DNA from: a virus
Direction: 5' to 3' (one strand)
Length of the DNA: 64,000 nt
IMG/VR virus record: IMGVR_UViG_3300046787_000675
Coordinates: 64,001 to 128,000 of that record
The translations under genes were made by a program, and so were the position numbers. This document shows, one piece after another, positions 36,340 to 46,302 of the stretch. The notes under the pieces are model-generated. The model saw nothing but the letters and a program-made list of their open reading frames with translations. It had not been told where the DNA came from and ran no database searches. The stretch's first letter is position 1. Each line of letters opens with the position of its first letter.

Positions 36340-39300
36340 CTAAAAATATTTAATAATCAAATCGGACAAATATTGATCTCTCTCGCTATTTGTCAGAACA
36401 CGATTAAATAAAAGTATTTCTGCATAGTCGTATTGTCCGAAGTTAACCCCTATCGGGTCATCGTCCCGGACTAACGCACCGAATGTCAGGGTATCGTGGT
36501 CTACGGCATGGTCGGCTATATCTGTGTATTGTACCGTTTCGCTATTTATACGGAACGAAAGTAAATTACCGTTTAACTTTACATTGAATATATGAAGATT
36601 GTCCCCTACATCTGATGTATCGTTTATAACTTGCGGGATAAATGCCGCTGAGCGAATACTTGCAACGGAACCATTACTTAGATCTGTGTCTCTTGTACTT
36701 ATATATGAGTAAGAGTTGTTATTAGTATATTCCAACCAGTTCATAGCCGGAGTAAACGGCAAGGTACTACTATTTCTAATTACGAGAATAGCCTCCCATG
36801 TATTTCCGTCAAATACTGGAGCAGCACCATTTGCCTGGAAGTATTCGTTTAGACCATAACATCTAAGGGTATCATTCCCATTATACACTGCTGGTATTTG
36901 ATCAGGTCCTCCTACCGTCGTTACTACGTGTCCATTAGGAGATATATCGGTAAAACCGCTATTTCCTTCTATATGTAATGCAAGGGCATTTGGAGAAGAG
37001 ATAAATAAGTCATCAACATCAATTTCACTACCGGTAGTAGAGATGCTCCCAAAAGACGTCCCATCAGATGCGTTTAATGAAATATCAAGAAGTGTATCGT
37101 CGTTAGCTGTCATTTCCAATATCATAACAGCACCGCTTAATATAGCCGGAGACATAACAAATATATCTTTCGGTAGATTCTGATTGTATAATGTTTTTAT
37201 TTCCAGAGAAGTTAATCGTCTGGTGAACATAGATACAAAACACATGCTACCTACAAAATAATCGTCCATGGTTACAGGATTATAACCTATACACAAATCT
37301 GCGGTAGATATTATCGGGGCGGTTATAGTTCCTGTTTCAGTCTGTGTTACAGGTACTTCTATTCCGTCTATGTATATCTTAAAGACGTTGAAAGCATTCC
37401 AATCAACCGCAATACAATGCCATACATTATCGTTAAAGGTATCGTCTGTTGAGTATTCCTTTATTTCAGTATCAGCATCTTGACTTACTCTTGCGTATAT
37501 CTTTCCAAGAGCCATATAAATACTGTAATTATCTACTCCTGCTCCGGACGACATTTTGTTTATCAACTGCATTGTAGCGCTCGATACTGTTTTAATCCAC
37601 ATAACATGGGTTCTGTTACCGTCGCGAATATCAAGTAATACTGTGCTTGGAACAGTTACATAATTATCTACACCGTCAAATAGGAATGTCCCGAACTTTA
37701 AAGTCGACTCAACATTTATAAATGAACCTGTAATAGTTGGTACATTGATAAGTGTCGGGTTATGTTCGTAACCAGAATAATCTTCAAACTCCCTACCTAC
37801 AGCAATACCTGAATTAAGAGGTAGTGCAAGAACATAGTTGTTTCTAAAAGACGTATTATATCGCCATGGCTGTTTTGCTACAGTAGAATTATACAGTGTA
37901 GTTACATTACTTGGAGACAGCGCTGAATTAAATATCATAACTTCTGTCATGGATCCTTCCCATAATCCAGTACCAACATCCATAGCACCTACTAAGACAT
38001 TTGCTGTAGTGTTATGGATATCAGATGTATAAGGTACACTATCTTCTTCTATAGCGTCAACATATAATTTTACATCAGCCCCATCATATGTTCCTACTAA
38101 ATGATACCACGTATTTATTGTCGGTGTAATAGATGATACTGCTTCGGCATCTGCTGTACCTAAACCGTCACTAAATACTCTAAATACAAATGCACCGGCA
38201 ACATGCGCTAAATACCAACCGCGTTGATCACTTGAAGGTAGATGCTTCGAAATAGCATACATTGAACTTAATGTATCTAAATATACCCAACAAGAAACGG
38301 TTATATTATCTGTTATCTGTAAAGGAGTAGGGTTACCCACATCCAGATACTGGTCTACTCCATCTAGATAAAGGGTATTTACAAGTTCCTCTTCCGGAGT
38401 TACAGATTCACTTATACTACTGCCTCCGTCGCTACCTCCTGGCGGTCCTTCAGTAGATTCCCCACTACTACTACCACTACCGCCGCCTCCGCCGCCTCCT
38501 CCGCCGCCTCCATCGGAGGAAGAAGGAGGATCAGGCTCACAAGTAGCACAATCAGGATGGGTATCAGGTCCTTTCAAAATAAATGTAGTTTGTTCGCACG
38601 TAGCTGCGTCACACCAAGCTTGTTCTGTATTATTTGCAGCAGGTCGCTGATAACATCCGCCGTTTTGAAATAATACTGGTCCTGGGTTATAATTCCAGGA
38701 TTTTACAATATATGCCGGCCCAGCTCCTTGTTTACCTGCACAAGCCTGCCATTTAACGTTATAATTCTGTATAGCACGCGCACAATCGCATACAGTAGCG
38801 TGGGCCACTGCTGCGCCGCCTATATTCGGGGGATCTACTGTCCCTTCTAGTAACTCAAAACAGTTACCTAGATATGATATTATTGTTGGTTTACCTAATG
38901 CTGCCCAGTTAGCAAACGTCAGAATGAGGTCAGGTTCGCAATTTTTATATTCTTTAAACTTTATGTTTTTCTCTAGACATAAATCACAAGGTGCTAGAGG
39001 ATCTATATTATCGATACCTCCAAGGTCAATAGTAACATCACTGTAGACATGTGTTTCATCTTCTAGTGTATATTCTACAAAAACATAACAATTACCATTT
39101 ACCCCTTTAAAACTTTGATTTACATTAAGAAATACTGTATTTGGATCGAATATGTATATATCTAAAGGATTTTCGCAGTTATGCCATTTTTGGTTTTTAC
39201 CTATTGTGTCGTCGCACTCAGCACAATTTTCAAAAGAATCAGCAGTAATAACAGTTGGGGGATCGTTTGTTAATTCCTCAGTCCTATAGTAACAAACACC

Positions 39301-39345
39301 TTCTACTTTTATAACATTTCCTAAATTAGGCGCATTTATAGACAT
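36340..39345 (-). CDS. Fibre/adhesin: four Cys-rich modules, Gly/Ser linker, two LamG (ConA-like) domains and a third lectin-like domain
   Basis: LDGVDQYL..ITVSCWV..NTWYHLVGTYDG..LYVD..IFNSALS, repeated; GxCY..CxxC modules. Confidence 0.85.
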   Translation of the reverse strand: MSINAPNLGNVIKVEGVCYYRTEELTNDPPTVITADSFENCAECDDTIGKNQKWHNCENPLDIYIFDPNTVFLNVNQSFKGVNGNCYVFVEYTLEDETHVYSDVTIDLGGIDNIDPLAPCDLCLEKNIKFKEYKNCEPDLILTFANWAALGKPTIISYLGNCFELLEGTVDPPNIGGAAVAHATVCDCARAIQNYNVKWQACAGKQGAGPAYIVKSWNYNPGPVLFQNGGCYQRPAANNTEQAWCDAATCEQTTFILKGPDTHPDCATCEPDPPSSSDGGGGGGGGGGGSGSSSGESTEGPPGGSDGGSSISESVTPEEELVNTLYLDGVDQYLDVGNPTPLQITDNITVSCWVYLDTLSSMYAISKHLPSSDQRGWYLAHVAGAFVFRVFSDGLGTADAEAVSSITPTINTWYHLVGTYDGADVKLYVDAIEEDSVPYTSDIHNTTANVLVGAMDVGTGLWEGSMTEVMIFNSALSPSNVTTLYNSTVAKQPWRYNTSFRNNYVLALPLNSGIAVGREFEDYSGYEHNPTLINVPTITGSFINVESTLKFGTFLFDGVDNYVTVPSTVLLDIRDGNRTHVMWIKTVSSATMQLINKMSSGAGVDNYSIYMALGKIYARVSQDADTEIKEYSTDDTFNDNVWHCIAVDWNAFNVFKIYIDGIEVPVTQTETGTITAPIISTADLCIGYNPVTMDDYFVGSMCFVSMFTRRLTSLEIKTLYNQNLPKDIFVMSPAILSGAVMILEMTANDDTLLDISLNASDGTSFGSISTTGSEIDVDDLFISSPNALALHIEGNSGFTDISPNGHVVTTVGGPDQIPAVYNGNDTLRCYGLNEYFQANGAAPVFDGNTWEAILVIRNSSTLPFTPAMNWLEYTNNNSYSYISTRDTDLSNGSVASIRSAAFIPQVINDTSDVGDNLHIFNVKLNGNLLSFRINSETVQYTDIADHAVDHDTLTFGALVRDDDPIGVNFGQYDYAEILLFNRVLTNSERDQYLSDLIIKYF
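38474..38511 (-). repeat. GGN microsatellite encoding poly-Gly
   Basis: (CCG/CCT)n on the plus strand; poly-Gly run in the protein. Confidence 0.85.
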
Positions 39346-39351
39346 ATGTAT

Positions 39352-39882
39352 TTATCCTTGAAAAAAATAATCTCTAATACTGTCGTCAGTAAAATGATTA
39401 TAAGTTAGTAATGCAGTATCTGCAGTTTTATTGTTCATTATCTTATTATGTAGTTTAAAGTCTTGGACTACGTAGTTTATAGTTCTATTCATCAGTTCTT
39501 CTGTAGTAAAGATCATCGCGACAGTATCTGCTCTATAAAAGCCCTGATCTGTTGTATTAGGGTCATCGTCATAGACCTCCATATCAGTAACCGAGGCAAT
39601 GGTCTCTAATACCCTATTTGGATAAATTGTAAATTCAGGGACTACTTCGTATTCTGGTAAAGGAGGCATGACAGATATAGGATCCGGTAAAGATCCGCAC
39701 GGAACATATCTACCTACACGTTGTCGAGGTATACAGTTTTCCGGGGCGCGACATAGTAGGTCGTCTTGACATACAAATATTTTTAGATCCGATGTCTCTC
39801 CGTCATAACTGTGTTCTGTCTTAAATACAGCTAGAAAACTATATTCGTGTAATTCATATATTCTGTATATCTTTAATTGCAT
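39352..39882 (-). CDS. Virion-associated hypothetical protein (paralog of the next gene)
   Basis: IFVCQ..IASVTDMEVY..FYRADTVAMIF. Confidence 0.75.
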   Translation of the reverse strand: MQLKIYRIYELHEYSFLAVFKTEHSYDGETSDLKIFVCQDDLLCRAPENCIPRQRVGRYVPCGSLPDPISVMPPLPEYEVVPEFTIYPNRVLETIASVTDMEVYDDDPNTTDQGFYRADTVAMIFTTEELMNRTINYVVQDFKLHNKIMNNKTADTALLTYNHFTDDSIRDYFFQG

Positions 39883-40292
39883 TAGCAGCCATCTCCCGGT
39901 ACTATTTCTAGATTTGTAGGGGGGATGTTATTCAGACGAGTTATATCTGCTATTAAGATAGTAATTTGCTGTTCCATTAGTTTCCATGTATCTTCTAAAA
40001 ATGATCTAGATGTATGAACTATATCGATGTAATGTTTTCGGAAAAAAGGATTTTCAACGGAAGGATAGTCTTTAGGGAACGCTATTAATTCCTGGTACGA
40101 CGCGATATTTACAAAGATAGCATTTTCTTTACCTTCTTTATATAACGGGACTCCAGGATACATTTGGTAGACGAATATCTCGCCAGGTATATTATTCGTT
40201 GTTTCTTGTACCCATACCTTTAGCCGCCATCGCTTAGGGCCTTGTGTAGTTGATACAAATTCTTTACTTACTTTAAAAAAACTATTACTCAT
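39882..40292 (-). CDS. Virion-associated hypothetical protein
   Basis: IFVYQ..IASYQELIAF..FFRKHYIDIVH. Confidence 0.75.
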   Translation of the reverse strand: MSNSFFKVSKEFVSTTQGPKRWRLKVWVQETTNNIPGEIFVYQMYPGVPLYKEGKENAIFVNIASYQELIAFPKDYPSVENPFFRKHYIDIVHTSRSFLEDTWKLMEQQITILIADITRLNNIPPTNLEIVPGDGC

Positions 40293-40368
40293 TATTTTCC
40301 GTCTATCCTTTTTATAACTATACTGTCAGTAACTCTACTTGCCTACTTTATTTTATACTACATCCTTA

Positions 40369-41097
40369 CTAACTTACAACAAACGGGTTTGCAATTATAT
40401 ATGTATTGTCCGGTGAAGGAGAACAGATAAAACCTGCACTAACTATACCACTTGGTATTGCCGTCCATGTACCTATCGGGTCCAGTCCTTCTATATAGGA
40501 CAATGCTCCACCGAATGAATATTCCCATCTACATAATGTTTCATTAAAAGTTATCTCTGTGTATACTCCTGCTGTAGACCTTGTCCCGCATAAAGACCCG
40601 GAACCATCATAATCATTAATATTTCTGCTTAATGTTCCTCCGTATGTATTCAATGCAGTATTGGTTAATGTACCGGAAAGAATTTGTATTTCTCTAGGAA
40701 CATTAGCTGCTGTTCTGTATTGTATTTCGAAAGATATAGATAAACTACTTGGATATGTTACTATACCACAGTTACAGGTACAATCATCCTCAGTAAAATC
40801 CTCAATAAAAATTGTAGGTACCACTATTGACTCCTCTATAAATTTATAACAATCTCCGGCTAAAGGATATGTTATAAATTCTGCAGTCGTATCAAGTGTA
40901 ACATAGATTACAGTTTCCGGAAAACCGCATAATATATACTTTCTAGATAATATAGAATCAGCACAACATGATTCACAGGTATTGAACTCCCCCTGAAAAG
41001 TACCGGTATCCGGTGGACCTGCAGCCACAGTTGTTCTCTGATAACAGACACCATCTACACGTATAAATGCACCTAGATCTGGAAACACTTTAGGCAT
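40369..41097 (-). CDS. Cys-module adhesin-like protein
   Basis: DGVCYQR..CESCC; YILC..GDCYKF..CTCNC; beta-rich C-terminal domain. Confidence 0.75.
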   Translation of the reverse strand: MPKVFPDLGAFIRVDGVCYQRTTVAAGPPDTGTFQGEFNTCESCCADSILSRKYILCGFPETVIYVTLDTTAEFITYPLAGDCYKFIEESIVVPTIFIEDFTEDDCTCNCGIVTYPSSLSISFEIQYRTAANVPREIQILSGTLTNTALNTYGGTLSRNINDYDGSGSLCGTRSTAGVYTEITFNETLCRWEYSFGGALSYIEGLDPIGTWTAIPSGIVSAGFICSPSPDNTYIIANPFVVS

Positions 41098-41206
41098 ATT
41101 GAGTAAACTCTCTTCATTGTTTTAATTATATAATATAGTTCAACAGCAAATAATAAACTATAACCGTATAAATACTTTTTAAATATAACATTTTAATTCA
41201 TCTTTA

Positions 41207-42883
41207 TCAAAAATAACTGGTTCCTAATGGATCCCAGAGAACTTCAACACCAATAGTTACAGGTGTACATCCTGATGGTCCTGGTGAAGGATCCCCTAAA
41301 CTTATAGTACCACTATAAGAATCCCCTTCTCCGAATGGGAGGGATATAGCAGGAGAGGCGTAGGCTTGTTGTGTAAATTCTAGACCTAAAGCTGGATTGT
41401 TATAAATAAGGACGGTAAATGGAAATTGATATCCGGGATCCGGTGATATATCTCCGCCTCCAAAACCGCATGGGTTTGAATCCGTAGCGGTTATATTCCA
41501 TACCGCCCCGCCGTAAGATTCTCCTGAGTATGATTGTCGTCTGTGCCCATTAGCTATGTAATCAACACCGTTATATGTAACTTTAATATTCCATCTAGGG
41601 AATGGGTTTGTATCTGTGTCACAATCTGTACAGTTCAGATATCCTATCATAGTTTCTACCTGTTCTGGTGTTAATACAGGGTCACTTGTATATGTAAAAC
41701 CACCAAATTCATAACATACTCCATCATATTTCCATGCACCTACAGATCCCCAATCCTCATCATAAGAATCTAGGGTAGCATCTAAAGCTACGTATAGAGG
41801 TGTACCACCACCACAAGGGACAAAGTATTGTACTTCTGGAGGACATCCTTCTGAATAACAACTCCCAGACCCACTCATATCAATAGGTGTCCACGTTACC
41901 GCATCAGGAGTACCTCCATAAGTATAGACGCCTGTAGAAGTATAGCATTGCCCATCTATCATAATAATAAAGTATTCACCATTATATATTCGATAACAGT
42001 CTATACCTAGATCTGTAGAGAGTATATTGACAGTGGTAAGATAATCAGAGCAACTAGAAAATTGTATAGTACAAGCACAACTACAATCATCTATTGTATA
42101 AGGATCCGTAGTATCCACAGCCGTCATACTGTAATCGACGAATTCAAAACAAGTTCCGTAATATGTTATAGTAGCTGCTGGTGACGGTACTATAGGTACG
42201 AATATAGAGTAGATGTGATCACAATCAATGTACTCTAATGAATTACCTGCAGGAGTACTAGAAGAACTACTAGCGCAGCACTCTTCATAGTTGTAATATA
42301 TTTCAGAAGACGAGGAACTATCAGCGCAGCACTCTTCATAGTTGTAATATATTTCAGAAGACGAGGAACTATCTTGAGAAGATAATGATTGAGAACTGCA
42401 TTCAGAATAAACATAAATAGGTGTAGATGAGCTTGATGAACTATGCGAACTGTCTGAACTAGTAACGGATGAGCCATCTCCGCTACATTCAGAATAAACA
42501 TAAATAAGCTCTGATGATGAATAAGATGATGACTCTGAAGGCTGACTAGAAGGTGTATTACTGCTACCGCTACATTCAGAATAAACATATATCGGTTCTG
42601 AAGATGAAGAGGATGGGACAGTAGAAGACTGGCTAGACGGAGTACTGCTTCCTTCACTACATTCAGAATAAATATAGATAAGCTCAGACGACCCTGATCC
42701 AGAACTATCTTGGCTTGAGCTATATTGACTTGAACTATCCGAACTAGGATTATTGGATGTATCTGAGCTACTAGAGGCACATATTAATATTCCCGAACCA
42801 TCACATCTTAATTGACAACTGCCATCCTCGACAAGGATAGCAACATTCTCTATTGTTTTTCCTCCCGCACCTATAAATGCCAT
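41207..42883 (-). CDS. Ser-rich/Cys-module fibre or scaffold protein
   Basis: Six YxYxEC motifs in poly-Ser spacers, then three full Cys modules and a beta-rich C-terminal domain. Confidence 0.8.
   Translation of the reverse strand: MAFIGAGGKTIENVAILVEDGSCQLRCDGSGILICASSSSDTSNNPSSDSSSQYSSSQDSSGSGSSELIYIYSECSEGSSTPSSQSSTVPSSSSSEPIYVYSECSGSSNTPSSQPSESSSYSSSELIYVYSECSGDGSSVTSSDSSHSSSSSSTPIYVYSECSSQSLSSQDSSSSSEIYYNYEECCADSSSSSEIYYNYEECCASSSSSTPAGNSLEYIDCDHIYSIFVPIVPSPAATITYYGTCFEFVDYSMTAVDTTDPYTIDDCSCACTIQFSSCSDYLTTVNILSTDLGIDCYRIYNGEYFIIMIDGQCYTSTGVYTYGGTPDAVTWTPIDMSGSGSCYSEGCPPEVQYFVPCGGGTPLYVALDATLDSYDEDWGSVGAWKYDGVCYEFGGFTYTSDPVLTPEQVETMIGYLNCTDCDTDTNPFPRWNIKVTYNGVDYIANGHRRQSYSGESYGGAVWNITATDSNPCGFGGGDISPDPGYQFPFTVLIYNNPALGLEFTQQAYASPAISLPFGEGDSYSGTISLGDPSPGPSGCTPVTIGVEVLWDPLGTSYF
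42272..42373 (-). repeat. Exact 51-bp tandem duplication (DSSSSEIYYNYEECCA-type unit)
   Basis: 42272-42322 is identical to 42323-42373. Confidence 0.9.
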
Positions 42884-42894
42884 AACACTCTCCT

Positions 42895-44178
42895 TTAGCA
42901 GCAGTATTTAACTTTTGCGTCATAAGTGTTATTAGGAAGCTCTAATACATAACATACATGAATAGGGGAATCACATGCCGCTAAAGCCAAGGCTAATTCA
43001 GCAGTTAAGAAGGCATTGTTTATTGCGTCCTCAAAAGTAGGACCATTTTCTGTTACTTCCGTACTTGTTCCTCCAGGAGGGCATATATCCACATCAGGAG
43101 GACATATATTATTACAAGGTGCAAGTCCTAGAACAGCAGCTGCGTCATCACACGTATTTCCTTTACCGTCTGGAGCTACAGGTGCGGCAAAACCGTCAAC
43201 TAAAACAACATTACCTTGGTAATCGGTATTAATAACCAATACCTCCGGATCATCCGGCGGAACCTCATAATTATTACCTGCAAATGGACCTGGACGAGGA
43301 GGTAAGACATCCCATTGAATATCCGATAATTTACCGTCGTGTATAACTAGATTCGCCCAGTAAACTTTTAGTGTTCCTGCCTCGGTACATCCTATATCCA
43401 CAACTACCGGGATAAGACCTAAAGGTTCTTTCTTGGCTCCGGCTGTGTCTGGTGCCGCGTCATGCGTATCTATTCGTGGCCATAAAGGAAACTCCAGATA
43501 ACGCATCGTATATTTACCTGGTTCATTAGGATCCGGAAGACAACACCATCTAGGGTATCCGGATTGGCGTTGGAAGCTCTCATCCCTATCTACTTGTCTA
43601 AGGGTGTAATCTTTTTCTGGCCTTTCTCTCCGTTGTAAGTGTAACTCGCCATTTACCACCTCCGCTATAATACTGTTCTCTTTACCATCCGGACAACAGG
43701 TATTAGGCAAAGGAGGACCGTCTGGATTTTTTTCTCGGACACTAAAAGGTAATGGTGTAACTGTTGTGGGTATATAAAACCATGGAAGAGGATCGATTGT
43801 CGGGAATCGCGGTCTACCGGTAATTAACCGAATCATGTCTATGCCGTCCCCTTGACAGAAACACTGATCGGCATATATAAGGATGGCTTCTTTTTCCGGT
43901 GTACTTAATTTGTTCCACAGGTTAGGGTAATCCGGATCATATGACACACCGTCCAACACAGAATAATTATCATTAAAAGGAATAGTATCGATGTCGGACT
44001 GTTCTCCGAAATGATAAGGGAAACTGGCAAGATGTTCTGAACTTGGCGGGTAAACATAACATGTAGGTTTCTCAAACGGTGTTAAGATAAAACTATCGTA
44101 ACATTCGTTCGTGTTCCCTACATCTCTGTATACGGCACCGTTGCCTATGTTAAAAGGTGACCCATATAATCTGCGCAC
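42895..44178 (-). CDS. Pro/Cys-rich tail-fibre-associated protein
   Basis: 427 aa; CFC, CC, CNNICPPDVDIC; ends YCC. Confidence 0.7.
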   Translation of the reverse strand: MRRLYGSPFNIGNGAVYRDVGNTNECYDSFILTPFEKPTCYVYPPSSEHLASFPYHFGEQSDIDTIPFNDNYSVLDGVSYDPDYPNLWNKLSTPEKEAILIYADQCFCQGDGIDMIRLITGRPRFPTIDPLPWFYIPTTVTPLPFSVREKNPDGPPLPNTCCPDGKENSIIAEVVNGELHLQRRERPEKDYTLRQVDRDESFQRQSGYPRWCCLPDPNEPGKYTMRYLEFPLWPRIDTHDAAPDTAGAKKEPLGLIPVVVDIGCTEAGTLKVYWANLVIHDGKLSDIQWDVLPPRPGPFAGNNYEVPPDDPEVLVINTDYQGNVVLVDGFAAPVAPDGKGNTCDDAAAVLGLAPCNNICPPDVDICPPGGTSTEVTENGPTFEDAINNAFLTAELALALAACDSPIHVCYVLELPNNTYDAKVKYCC

Positions 44179-44181
44179 GAG

Positions 44182-44970
44182 TTACTGCCTTTTTCTTATC
44201 TTTATGCTGCCTGGTTCTTTATCAATATATAACGCTGATGAAACTTCTAAAGGAATGTCACCGTTTACCGGTAACAGACCGTTTATAACATATACTCCGT
44301 CGGGTAGAGAATTAATAGTTGGTTCTTCACACATTTCAGGATTTGTATTACCTAAATTAGGCATTTTACCTTTACCTATTCCTTGAGATGCTGTGAATGT
44401 TAAATTGTTATCTTCATAAGAAACAACACAGTTATATCCATCCTTAAACTTTATGACATCTGTAGGGAGATCTTGGATATTGAGAATATCGATTAGTGTG
44501 TCTGTATCTTCAACACTGTTACACCGTGTTATGTTTTGAAATACTATCGCCTCAATAAATTCTATATGCCATTGCACTCTTGCTGACTCTATTTCTAGGG
44601 GAGTATTAATAGGGAACAAAGAAGTAGATATAGGCGTTTTATAAGATAATACACCCGACACATAACCGCCTAAAGATCCGACAGTTATTATATCTCCTTT
44701 AATTGTTACATCCGGTAGAATAAATGTATAATCCCAGTAGTCTCCATTAATATAAATAGATCTAAAATTTAAAGTAACTTCGTTAGATGCTTCCGTCGCG
44801 GACATTAAATAAGTTATAGGATAATCAACCGGAGTTGTTGTATCGGTAGGTTCTCCCTGTATTACGATGTATATGTCTAATATACTTGCGGCAAATGTTT
44901 TTATGTCCCCCGATAAAATAGGGACAAAAGGATAATCTCCCTGGGATGAAAAATGTCTATTTAAACTCAT
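44182..44970 (-). CDS. Fibre-base paralog family member
   Basis: YPF; FKDGYN; VINGLLPVNGDI. Confidence 0.7.
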   Translation of the reverse strand: MSLNRHFSSQGDYPFVPILSGDIKTFAASILDIYIVIQGEPTDTTTPVDYPITYLMSATEASNEVTLNFRSIYINGDYWDYTFILPDVTIKGDIITVGSLGGYVSGVLSYKTPISTSLFPINTPLEIESARVQWHIEFIEAIVFQNITRCNSVEDTDTLIDILNIQDLPTDVIKFKDGYNCVVSYEDNNLTFTASQGIGKGKMPNLGNTNPEMCEEPTINSLPDGVYVINGLLPVNGDIPLEVSSALYIDKEPGSIKIRKRQ

Positions 44971-45680
44971 GAAGTTATATCCTTAGCTTGTTGGAATATT
45001 AAGGCTTTATTAGTCTTTATCCTTAGGTTTGCCTCAGGCGTAGCGTTCAACCATATATGTTTGCTTGTTACACCGTTTACACTTTTTATCTGTCCTTGTG
45101 AAGAATCAACAAGAGACGGGTCTTCACCTAATACATCCAGAGACAACACATTGTCATCCAGAGTCCATTGAACACCGTGCCGGGCTATAATATTAACTGC
45201 TCCCCATGCTGCTTGATTATCTGTGTGAATGTATCGTATAAAAGATGTACGATAGACTTTGCAGGTGTCTATATGTAAGGTAGCCTCGCCTGGAACAATA
45301 TTGAAATATCTCCCTTGTGCATTTGTTACTAATCTTCCGGCTCCTAAACTATCTAGGACCAATATACCTATATTTAGTCCTGCATCGTTATAGACATTTG
45401 CTTTTGTGTCTCCGGAAGCAAAAACGCACACGCCTGCGTTTTTGTTATCTGCATCTGTAAAAATTAATTTTATCTCGTTTTCTTCGCCGTATGTCCCGTC
45501 TATTACAGTTAAACTTATAGGTAAGGTAACCGGCGATTTAAAATAAAAATGTGCATCCAGGAAAACATCGTTACCGATGTATAACTCGTCCAGTTCTTCT
45601 CGGAAGAACGCGTCGAACGGATAAGGAACCGTTAATACAGTATCTCTAAAACTCTGGTTTCTAATTACGTAATTAGGCAT
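44967..45680 (-). CDS. Fibre-base paralog family member
   Basis: YPF; IKSVNGV. Confidence 0.7.
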   Translation of the reverse strand: MPNYVIRNQSFRDTVLTVPYPFDAFFREELDELYIGNDVFLDAHFYFKSPVTLPISLTVIDGTYGEENEIKLIFTDADNKNAGVCVFASGDTKANVYNDAGLNIGILVLDSLGAGRLVTNAQGRYFNIVPGEATLHIDTCKVYRTSFIRYIHTDNQAAWGAVNIIARHGVQWTLDDNVLSLDVLGEDPSLVDSSQGQIKSVNGVTSKHIWLNATPEANLRIKTNKALIFQQAKDITS

Positions 45681-45690
45681 AAAAACTCCT

Positions 45691-46302
45691 TTAGACTACA
45701 ACAGTCCAACCTCTACTTATTAAAATATCTATGTAGGCGTCACCTACAACACTTGGCGGAGCATTATTATCTATATTCAGTATGCCGCCTGTTTTGTTAT
45801 GGGATACAAGTGTAGAGAGAAGATTGTCAATACTCAACATATTGAGACTATTATTGTTAATGATTATTGTTGTTATATTTATAAAGTTTGACAAATCAAT
45901 AGTTGTTATTTCCATACCGGCAGCTACTATACCGGTAAAGTGCTCAAGGTTACCTTCGTCGACAACATTAATGTTATTAGGTGTGCTTACATATAAATGT
46001 GATGGGTTATTGGTTTCATCTACAGGTGAACTGTCATTCCATTCCCATTTTAATACATCTGTGTTATCTGTTCCGACTACAAAATTTATATCTGTAGCGT
46101 CTGAAGAGAATAGAAAAACAGAAGGGAGATCCCCACAATCAGAACTGCAACTAGAAGATATTCCCATGCAGTCTTCGCAGGACTCATGAGTACTATCTAT
46201 AATTGTGTGTGTTATAGGACCGGAAACTACTTCGGCAAGTTCGTAGCATTGACCTTCATGTTTAATAAATCTTGCTCCGGTATAAGGGACGAATATATCC
46301 AT
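45691..46302 (-). CDS. Cys module plus PKD-like and short LRR-like adhesin
   Basis: EGQCYEL..CEDC; WEWNDSS..NNPSHLY; IDLSNFINITTIIINNNSL; ends RGWTVVV. Confidence 0.7.
   Translation of the reverse strand: MDIFVPYTGARFIKHEGQCYELAEVVSGPITHTIIDSTHESCEDCMGISSSCSSDCGDLPSVFLFSSDATDINFVVGTDNTDVLKWEWNDSSPVDETNNPSHLYVSTPNNINVVDEGNLEHFTGIVAAGMEITTIDLSNFINITTIIINNNSLNMLSIDNLLSTLVSHNKTGGILNIDNNAPPSVVGDAYIDILISRGWTVVV

Noticed and set aside
36340-46302. Diversity-generating retroelement acting on fibre genes
   Set aside because: No reverse transcriptase in the window and no repeat pair differing only at adenines; the one long repeat is exact.
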